Assembly: GCA_963693365.1 (NCBI GenBank)
Contig: CAVNZM010000003.1
Location: 4,894,472 to 4,958,471 of the forward strand
From: Amoebidium appalachense
Taxonomy: Eukaryota > Protista > Ichthyosporea
Length of the DNA stretch: 64,000 bases
Direction of reading: 5' to 3'
Shown here: piece after piece, positions 45,731 to 64,000 of the stretch
Position numbering within the stretch: the first letter of the stretch is position 1
Layout of the letters: the number at the start of each line of letters is the position of its first letter
Position numbers and translations under genes: made by a program
The notes under the pieces: model-generated
What the model was told of the DNA's origin: nothing
Databases searched by the model: none
Seen by the model: the letters and a program-made list of their open reading frames with translations, nothing else

Positions 45731-45868
45731 ATTTGATCAAAAAATGATAGAATAATACGTACTACAACACGCGGGACGTATTGAACATATGTATACAAAA
45801 GTCAACAGATATGTTCAGTACGTCCCGCGTGTTGTAGTACGTGTTATTCTATCACGTTTTGATCAAAT
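45731..45868. repeat. Inverted repeat (hairpin) with 60-bp arms and 18-nt loop
   Basis: 45731-45790 is the reverse complement of 45809-45868 with about 4 mismatches. Confidence 0.9.
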
Positions 45869-45946
45869 GAACAGATACACTGATACATTATAAAAGATAT
45901 TCACTTCTATTTCAATTACCTCAACAATAGATTCATACATTAGGAG

Positions 45947-54313
<8,367 letters not shown>

Positions 54314-54454
54314 TTTAACTTAACCTAGTTGTTCAAACAGTTTTTTTTCAATCAATAGCGATAGAACCGCTATATGGAAGTGTGAAACGAGAAACCAGTG
54401 GTGTGGTGTTGACTTTTATAGTTATCTGTCTGCGCAGCAATAATGAGTGGGTTG

Positions 54455-54470
54455 ATGGTGGGTATATACG
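54455..54470 (-). promoter_or_regulatory. Possible TATA element of TAT
   Basis: TATATA about 150 bp upstream of the ATG, conserved in the duplicate (~20005-20015). Confidence 0.35.
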
Positions 54471-55212
54471 GAAGCCGCAAACCACACACGAATTCACTCC
54501 AATATAAACGACGAGTATAAAGAGCGTGAATAAATTCGCATGGGCCTCTGTGATGATAAAAGGCCTACTAAGCACGCTATATAGCCACAAATATGTAGAC
54601 CTGACGTGCACTTGGTGATGTATACACTGTGTAGCAGGGAAAAAAAGGCAAAGAGGCAGAGGCGAATATGTTGGAAAGGTTGGTTTGGTTTGTAAAAACA
54701 CGGCAAATGCGAGTAAGAGGTCCCAATTTGCCCAGATTGTCGACGAACAGACGGAAAGTGCCGACGAACCGTATCGGATGCCTGCCGCGGTATGACCCAA
54801 AATGAGCAAATGGGGGTATTATGTCATCCTCGCAGAAGTGGAACAATAAATATCATGATAAAAGTTCTATTCATTGGACTGTGCTTATTGTTACAATTTT
54901 TATTCTTTTGGGCCACCCCGGGTGTTGAGGCAACGTCACGTCAACGGTGCTAGTCGGCAAAACACCATAAAACGGTTTATATTAGCATGCGTGTTAGTCA
55001 ATTTTCAAATTCTTTCGCAGAGACATTTATTTTGTATAGCGGCATGCCACCTCTGGTGGTCTGTGTATATGTAGTTCAAGCCTAGCTGTTCTCGTGTATG
55101 GTGTGCTTTTTTAACAGAACTTTAAAACCTAAATCAATGTAATTGTTTACCGAATTTTGTGAGCCCCAGTCCAATAGGATGTTGCATCTGACGTAAGGTG
55201 ACTTCGGACATG

Positions 55213-55247
<35 letters not shown>

Positions 55248-55319
55248 GGACTCAATGTTTTCGTATATTCACTTCATATGCTCCCATTTTTCTCGGCTTG
55301 ACGCCCCTTACTCGGAAGG

Positions 55320-55399
55320 GAGGGAGGGAGAAAGGGAGAGAGATCTAGCTCGGTGGGAAAGGGAGCGCGAGCGAGCGAGAGCGAAAGAGTGTAAAGAGA

Positions 55400-55476
<77 letters not shown>

Positions 55477-55609
55477 GGAGGGAGGGAGGGAGAGGGGGAG
55501 AGCCTCAGGGAGAGAGACAGAGGGAGAGAGAGAGATAGAGATAGAGATAGAGATAGAGATAGAGAGAGAGAGAGAGAGAGAGAGGAGATAGAGAGAGAGA
55601 GATAGGGAT

Positions 55610-55705
<96 letters not shown>

Positions 55706-55826
55706 AGAGGGAGAGAGAGGGAGAGGGAGAGAGAGAGAGAGAGAGCGAGAGAAAGAGAGAGGGAGGGAGGGAGGGAGGGAGGCAGGGAGGGAGGCAGGGA
55801 GCTCGGGGGGGGGGGGGGGGGGGGGG

Positions 55827-55860
<34 letters not shown>
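55320..55860. repeat. Long polypurine (GA)n tract
   Basis: About 540 bp of mostly GA/GGA repeats. Confidence 0.9.
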
Positions 55861-55861
<1 letters not shown>

Positions 55862-55994
55862 AGGAAGGGACGGATCCGGGGGGGGTGGAGGGGTGGAAAT
55901 TTTCGAAGAGGGATGGAAGGAGCTCGTGAGCCTAGGGAGGGAGGCCGGGGGAGAGTGACACTGCGTCGATCACTTGTGTGCATGTGTGTGTGTG

Positions 55995-56054
<60 letters not shown>

Positions 56055-57059
56055 TGTGTGTGTGTGTGTCACAGTGTGCAGTGTGTGCGTGTGTGGTCAG
56101 ATTCGTGTGGCATGCGCCCGAGCGTACTATGTACATACATAAAGCGTACATAATAATGAGGTAAAAAACCATTTTCCAGATCTTTTTGTATCATGCAGCT
56201 GTAGGGTATCGTTCAACATTGGTACCCATTACCAAATATCGAGTTGGCTTGAATGTAAGTTCATATTCACACGAGTACATAAAACTGTCAAGCTTGTGCA
56301 CACCGTTTTCTGATGCTGCTAACGGCAGCTGTTTTACTTGCCAGGTTTACTATGTCGCTGACTAAAGCAACATACATGACACAAACACTTAACTAATATA
56401 AAAAACCTGTACCTAATATCATGAAGTGGTCGTCGATGTGCATGGGTACTGCCAAATCAATACCAACCAGGCTGCAATAAAGTAGTTTTTTGGTGATTAT
56501 AAGCCAAGTAATTATATATTACAGAGCTTTATGACCGTTCTATGCATATGGTTGCCTAAGAAAACAAACAAACAGAAAACATATATTACTATAGGGACAC
56601 AGAGAGACAACCAAATCAAAAAGCAAGTAGCAGAAAGGAAAATCTACCGATGCTACAAACGACACCATATAAAATTACACTAAAAAACCAAAACCACAAC
56701 CGAATTGGAGCCAAAATCAGCAATCAAATACTTCTTAAACCCCAATACTCACGATCATCCGTTCACAGAATATCAAACCCAGAGAGTACCCTAGCCCTCA
56801 CCAAAAATAAAAGTTGGATACTCTTATGAATCTGTATATCTAACAGCACATTGTACACGCGCATCTATCTTCGTAAAACCTACATCCAAGTACCCCCCCC
56901 CCACCCCCCCCCCCCTCCCCCCCCCAACCACCCCAAAAGGCAATTTGTAATGCCAAATTGAAAAATACATTATCAGAAAGAACAAAGAACATTCCTCGTC
57001 TATCCTCCCTGCGCCCCATGTATCTGCACATGTTGGTGTGCATGCAGCATGAACTCGGC

Positions 57060-57378
57060 CAAAAACTTTGAGATATACAAGTGGGGATATACACCACATC
57101 AGAAAATGACTCCGATTTTCTACCAGAAGTGTTAAGATATCACAATGGGTATATCTACCACATAAGAAAAGAACGTCATTTTCCGACCAAGAGTCGAGAG
57201 AATCCAGTGGGGATATACCATACCATAAAATGACGTCATTCTCCGACCTAAAATTGTTTAGATATACCAGTGTTGAGATATACCACACCAGAAAATGACG
57301 TCATTCTCCGACCAAAGCGTGGTTGGATATACCAGTGCGGAGATATATCACCTCAAAAAATGACGTAATTTTCCGCAT
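57060..57378. repeat. About 5 copies of a 60-65-bp tandem repeat overlapping the SH2 gene stop codon
   Basis: Recurring GATATACCA...AAAATGACGTCATT.TCCGACC; cores at ~57107, 57171, 57231, 57296, 57361. Confidence 0.85.
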
Positions 57379-57571
57379 CACGGTCCTCCGGGCACACGAC
57401 GGCTTCCGTCAACGGGGTAGCGATGCGATTACTTATCGGGTGAACGCTGAAATAGTTTAGAAGTTGAATCATAGTTGGGAAACGACAACCGTTCAAGACA
57501 TATTCCCGTCGTTCAAAGTCGTAGGGAACCTTGAGGTGAAGCGCTTTGTTCATGTACCTGTACGTGTGTGT

Positions 57572-57637
<66 letters not shown>

Positions 57638-57660
57638 ATGGGTGGGTGGGTGGTGGTGGT

Positions 57661-57691
<31 letters not shown>

Positions 57692-57848
57692 GATGTATGC
57701 GTTAGAGGGTTGGAAATATGGAGGAGACAACAAAGAGCATCAACAAAACGTCGCAAAAGCTGGAAGGGGGGGGGGGGGGGGGGGGGAGAAGGGGAGGGAT
57801 AGGGGGGGGGGGGGGGTACGTGTGTGTACGTGTGTGTGCATGTGTGTG

Positions 57849-57899
<51 letters not shown>

Positions 57900-58228
57900 A
57901 AGTGCCTGTGTGTGTTGGGGGGGGGGGGGGGGGGGAGGGGGGAGGTATTTAGATTATGTTTAATATAGAGTGCGAAGCATACATTCATTACGGACAACAT
58001 GATGAGGAGTGCAAACCACGCAAAGAGTAAGCCCATCCTCAGGGGGCGGGGGCTAAACCATCCACAGTACCCCAGTTTCGACCCATTCACTCGTCGACGA
58101 ACCCAACTCAGATACCGCTTCCCTTGTGTGTGTGTGTGTGTGAGTGTGTGTATGGGGGGGGGGGGGGGGGGGAAGAGGGGCGTATGCCTATGCGTATGCG
58201 TGTGTATGCGTGTCCGTGTTTGTGTGTT

Positions 58229-58295
<67 letters not shown>

Positions 58296-58296
58296 T

Positions 58297-58332
<36 letters not shown>

Positions 58333-59221
58333 TGCCCACGTGTATGCGCGTGTGTGTGCCTGTGAGCGTATGCGCATGTGCGCGCCTGTGTGCATGTGCA
58401 CACACGTGTACTTGCATGTGCGTGCCTGTGCGACTGTGCACAATGTGCCCATGTGTTGTTTTTGTTGCTGCTGTTGTCTTTAGGGCCCCCCTGGCGGTGG
58501 CCGGGGGGGGGGGGGGGGGGGGGAGGGGGAGGTGGGGGGGAGGGGAGAGGCGGGAAGGGAGGGGGGGGGAGGGGGGGGGTTTTGAATGCGTCAAAAAGTA
58601 CGAAGTACATAAGAACAAACGGATAACACGATGCAGAATGCAAGCCATACATAAAGAGTATGCATAATAAGCAGAGCCCATCCTCAGGGGGGGCCCACGT
58701 CATCCACAGTACCCGAGAGGGGAGAGAGGAGAGGCCGGAAGAGAGGGGGGGGGGGCGGGGAGAGGGGGTTTCTAATGAGCACCCACTTCATAGTGATGAT
58801 ATAAGCCCCATCATTTGAATATTCGGGCCCATTGTTGTGCTTGCGCACCAGCCAGGCCCCCTCCCTCTTGTCTGCTAGCAGTGACTCGGTAAGACGGCGC
58901 CTCTTCTCCTTGTTTTGGGGGTCCTCAAGGTCCGGCGGGATATTCAGGAACCAACTGCAGGGATAGTCGTCATATTTCAGAGGGGGAGGGGGGAGGGGGG
59001 GTCCCAATGGAAAATAGTGTACAGCAATTGAGATAGACACCCCTACCTTGGCGGAGTCAGGAACTAACTGCGGGGATAGCGGATAGCGGTCAAATTTCAG
59101 GGGGGGGGGGGGGGGGATCGCATAAAAATCAAAAGTGCAAAAGTGGAGATTGGGCCCCCGGTGATGATGGTGGTGGTGTGTAGGTGGGTGGGTGGGTGGG
59201 GATGTTTTTTTTTTTTTTTTT

Positions 59222-59252
<31 letters not shown>

Positions 59253-59490
59253 GTAGACCGACACCAAAGTCGATCCCATTAGGGGGTAGGTTAATACGTT
59301 ATGGGACGAAGTCAGCTTTCTTTCCAAAACACACCAAAAAGAAATTACGGGGTCAAAATGAAAACAAAAAAAAAAAAAAAAAAAAAAAGAACAAAAAAAA
59401 ACAACAATACAGGCACCGACACATGCACCATCGAAGGATGCCAACCAGGACAGAGCCAATGTCACTGGTTGTGTTCCACAGACTGTGTGT

Positions 59491-59579
<89 letters not shown>

Positions 59580-59652
59580 TGTGTATGAGTTCGTGCGGGT
59601 GCATGTGTATGTGTACGTGTGTCCGCGTGCGTGCGTGTGTGTATGTATGTGT

Positions 59653-59706
<54 letters not shown>

Positions 59707-59992
59707 TGTGTGCATGTACGTGTGCGTGTGTGCGTGTGTGCACGTGTGTGCACGTGTGTGTATTTGAGTATGTGCACGAATATGTGCTTGTATCTACTTG
59801 TGAAAGTGTGCATGGTGCGTGCGTGTGTGTGTGTCCCAATGTGGTCGTGGCATTTGCATCACATCCACTCGAAGTAGCCATGTAATACATAATCCCCCAA
59901 CCACAAACTAACCATGCCTGTGAACACGTGTGCCTAGTTTCTCTCCCTCTCTCCCTCTGATTTATCCCTCCCTGATTCCGCCTCCCCTCCCC

Positions 59993-60040
<48 letters not shown>

Positions 60041-60790
60041 CGCCCCGTCTCTCTCTCTGAATGCAAGTCTGCATATGTGCAGATGAGCACACAATGTACG
60101 GCGTGTGTGTCTGTGAGACACTATTGATTCTAAATTTGAAAATTAATTCTTAAAAGACTCACCTGCAGCGTTCAATGCAATCGGCATCCATGGTCACCTT
60201 TACACTCCCGTCCTGTGGCAGCATATACTGCGACACAGACTGTCCCCCCATACCCCCAAATTGCGACATTTGCGACATCACCGACTGCTGCTGCTGCACC
60301 TGATACCCGGAAAATTGGGAGTCCCCCCGCATCATGGACCCCCCCGAATTTTGGGCAACCAGGGGGGACTGTGCCTCAATGTGGCCCCCACCCCACCCCC
60401 ATTGACTGCCTTGCTGTTGGCCGTCAAAACCCCCTCCGTCCACTGAAATGAACCCTGTTAGTACAAAATAATACCTTCCCCCCCCAACACCCTCCCTTCC
60501 CCACCTCTTCCTTCCCATACACATGCACACCCACACGTCCTGCCTTGCCTCCCTCTCGTCCTCCCTCTCCCATCTTCTCTCTTCTCCCCCCCCCCCCCCC
60601 CCCCTCCCCCCCCTCCCCCCTTCGCTTCCAGTTATAAAGGGCAACGGAAGAAAGGATTACACAGACCCCAGGTTGAAAAAAAAACATTGACCTCCTACAT
60701 CCCCCCCCCCCCCCCCCCCCAGCATTCAATCATGTCACACGTCAGATTATACCCATACGGATTTACACACCCATGCAGTTGCAACTACTC

Positions 60791-60824
<34 letters not shown>

Positions 60825-61448
60825 ACCACCACCACTGCTTGAGGGCGCGCATGCACGCATGCAAGCACACACACACAAACACACACACACGCATCCCCAG
60901 CCGCACGCGCGCGCGCGCACACACACACACACACACAGAATCTTCCTCGCTCCCCCCCTCACCCCACCCGCACATTCCTAAACACACACACCCACAACAC
61001 GCATGCACACACGCATGCACACACACGAACACGCACACGGGCACAGGCCCAGGCACCCACCCACACGCACATACACACACAGACACCCACACGATCCCAA
61101 ACACACAACGGCTGCCTTCCATACACACACAGGCATGCACACAGGCACACACATACATATACACACATCAAGATAAACAAACAACCCAAATCCCTTCTCC
61201 CCACACTGCTTACATCTACTCGGCATAGCCACGACCGGAATGTCTCTGTTTAGGCATCACACCAACACCATCAGGTGGGCCACACACACACTACCCCCAC
61301 TCTACAATCGTATCCTCTCACGCACAACGGCAAGCACACACACACACAGGCACGCGCGCGCACGCACGCAGGCACGCAGGCACGCACACACGCACGCACA
61401 CACACACCCCACATCAAGACAAGCATATGTTCAACCCAATCTCCCCCT

Positions 61449-61493
<45 letters not shown>

Positions 61494-62322
61494 ACACACG
61501 TTCTGGGCTACCAGCTCGTCACTTACTTCTGCTCGGCATCGCCACGACGGACGGCCTCTGTTTAGGCATCACACCAACACCATCATTTGGGCCTCCCTGT
61601 CCCACACTATGTCTCCCAGGCGGGGGCAAAGAGCCCGAAGACTGCGGCCCCCCACCATAGGTGGACTGCCCCCCACCGACCCCCCCACCATACGCACTCT
61701 GTTCCCGATACGACGGGTAGTTTGTGCTCACACTTTTACGGAAAGGAACCCCCTGTTGCTGGAAATTTCCTTGACCCCCCTGCTGTACGGGTGGCTGTGG
61801 TTGCTGCTGTTGGGGGGGAGGGCCACCATACTGCGATCCCATTGGCTGAATTTGAGATGGCGGGAAATTTGGATTTGGACCCCCGCCGTACTGAGACGGC
61901 TGCTGATAAGCCCCCCCGTGTGGTTGGCCGTAAATAGACTGGGCCGGGCCGACTTGGCTGACCCCCCCGGCCTGCCCGTAGCCCTGTTGCTGTGGCGGAC
62001 GGTATTGGGACTGGGGGGGAATTCCGGCCACTGGCGGTGAAGGGCACAAGACGGGGGGATATTTGCGAAACCCCCCCAGCATAGCTGTTTGGTGTGTCCA
62101 TTCCTTGTGTGGGCTGGTTGCCATACATAGACACAGACCCCCCTACGGGTTGGCTCCCCTGGCGGCCATATTTGGGGGAGGTGAGGTCGGGCTGGGGTTG
62201 TTGCTGCTGTTGGTAGTTGGGCCGTGGTGGCGGGCCACTGGTCGGCATACGCACAAGGCTGAATGGGGAGGGGGGGAGGGGGGGGGGGGGAGGTGGAAGG
62301 AGGAGGAGGAGGATGATGTCAG

Positions 62323-62384
<62 letters not shown>

Positions 62385-63196
62385 GGGAGGGGGAGGGGGG
62401 GGGGGGAGGGGGAAAGGGGTGTGTGTGTTATGTATGCGTTAGAGGGTTGGAAATATGGAGGAGACACCAAAGGACAAATTACAAGACGTCAGTGGTGGTG
62501 GTGGGGGGGGGAGGAGGGCGGAGAGGGGATGATGTGAGGTGTGCACCGTGACGAAGCATAACCATAAGGGACACAAAGCAACAGAGAGGGATAGGTGATA
62601 AAGGGTAGAAGGGGAAAGTAGAGGGCGCAGAACTGGTGGGCATGTGGACCGGACTGGTTGGGCGGGGGGGAAAGGGGGGGGGGGGTGCTACAGAGTTAAG
62701 TACACATTCACGATGGACATCACAATGCAAAACTTGCAGGCACACATGAGCACACACAAGCACACACGCACGCACGCACGCACACACGCACGCACGCACA
62801 CACGCCCGCCCGCCCGCCTACATGCGCGTGTGTGCACACGTGCACATAGACGCGTACGCTCGCGCGCACACACATGCGCATGCACAGGTACGCGCACATA
62901 GCACGCACGCGACACATATAGGAGCACACTTCCGTAGTGCTGAACACAATGGAGAAATTTTTCGTAAGCATGCATGCATTTACCACACAGTGCACTGTAA
63001 GCACACACATGGCTACCATTATGATCTAACACACAGAACTGAAACGCTCAGTCCATACATATCAGCAACTAGCCCACATCATCACCACTTTGCCCATCTC
63101 CTCCCTCCCCTCCTCCTACCCCCTCCCTCCCCCTCTTCCCTCCTTCCCCTCCCCCCCCCCCCCCCCCCCCGCCCGCACAAAAACACACACAACACG

Positions 63197-63259
<63 letters not shown>

Positions 63260-64000
63260 CTCATACGGCTGCTCCTCCTGCTGCCTCCAATCTGCCTGCG
63301 ACTGCGACATCTGCCCCTGTCCCCCCTGCACCCACCCAGCCTTCGACCCGCCAATCTGACCCGGCCCACCAACCTGACCAGGCCCGGATGGCTTCTGACC
63401 CGGACCCGGAACTCCCCCCTTCCCAGGGATTCCCTCCAACACATCATACGGTTCATCTGGGTAATTCCTCTGTGGTTGGGGTGGGGGAACCCCCCCTCCC
63501 CCTCCCATTTGTCCCTGCCTCATGGGTCCAGAAAGGTTCATGTAATACGCTGGGGCCCCCTGTTGGCTCCCAGGCATTGTTCCATGTTCCTCCCCTTCCT
63601 CCTCCCCCTCCCCTTCCATCGCCGTGTGTGCGACGTCGTCGAACCCGGCGTCCGAAGGCTGAAGAACGACCGACGGCTTGAAATTTCGTTGAAAATGCGA
63701 CCCCATTTGTGAATTTACCGGAGGGGGAGGGGGTTCCGAAGGTGGACCCTGTCCCTGTCCCTGCCCTTGCTGCATATCCCCCATGCCCCCCGGCCTCCCA
63801 CCGCCTATCGACGTCGGCGGCGGTATATTTCCGTACGGTGCCGGCCGAATTACCGACTGCCCCGCAGGGGGGTTCATACCGGAGACCCCATTTTCCGCAT
63901 GCGCGCCCCCCGCATCCTGCCCGTAATCGGTCTCGGGTACTCGGGGGGGTTGCGGTGGCGGTCGGAAACCTCCGTCAATAGATCCGACAGAAGAAGAGGG
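57353..64000 (-). CDS. Pro/Gly/Gln-rich adaptor with C-terminal SH2 domain, partial (starts off the right edge). Exons ~64000-63258, 62258-61527, 60442-60163, 58954-58787, 57557-57353
   Basis: SH2 fold signature WF...[49 protein letters not shown]; Tyr motifs YYMNL and EPYDV; in-frame splices; frame slips in G/C homopolymers within the long exons. Confidence 0.8.
58025..58716 (-). repeat. Dispersed intronic element, copies C (58575-58716) and D (58025-58090, partial)
   Basis: Sequence match to 161-318 and 40953-41117. Confidence 0.8.

Noticed and set aside
57060-57378. CRISPR-like array (palindromic repeat at ~63-bp period)
   Set aside because: The putative spacers are homologous to each other, the context is eukaryotic, and no cas genes are present

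Overview
Intron-rich eukaryotic DNA full of (CA)n/(GT)n, (GA)n and poly-G/C tracts. Most ORFs in the supplied track are microsatellite artefacts. The SH2 adaptor and TSP1 protein suggest a holozoan-type organism (inference). Contents: (1) the 5' part of a minus-strand gene for a secreted CBM-like/TSP1/Ser-Thr-rich protein; (2) a 722-bp MITE; (3) a tandem duplication of tyrosine aminotransferase, with an intact 12-exon copy at 45947-54313 and a pseudogene at 12226-19822; (4) a LINE inserted just upstream of the pseudogene and split in two (about 20060-20520 and 42540-44270) by a ~22-kb segment. That segment carries deoxyhypusine hydroxylase (DOHH) exons in permuted order (3' exon first, middle exons last), a triple-AP2-domain ORF, a near-intact Ty1/copia element and a TRIM with the same PBS/PPT; a solo LTR interrupts the LINE RT; (5) the 3' part of a Pro/Gly/Gln-rich SH2 adaptor gene. 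Most notable: the permuted DOHH segment, (CA)n-CAG splice acceptors, a ~150-165-bp intronic element always in sense orientation, degenerate exon-boundary duplicates (one forming a candidate poison micro-exon), and a hairpin with 60-bp arms 3' of TAT.
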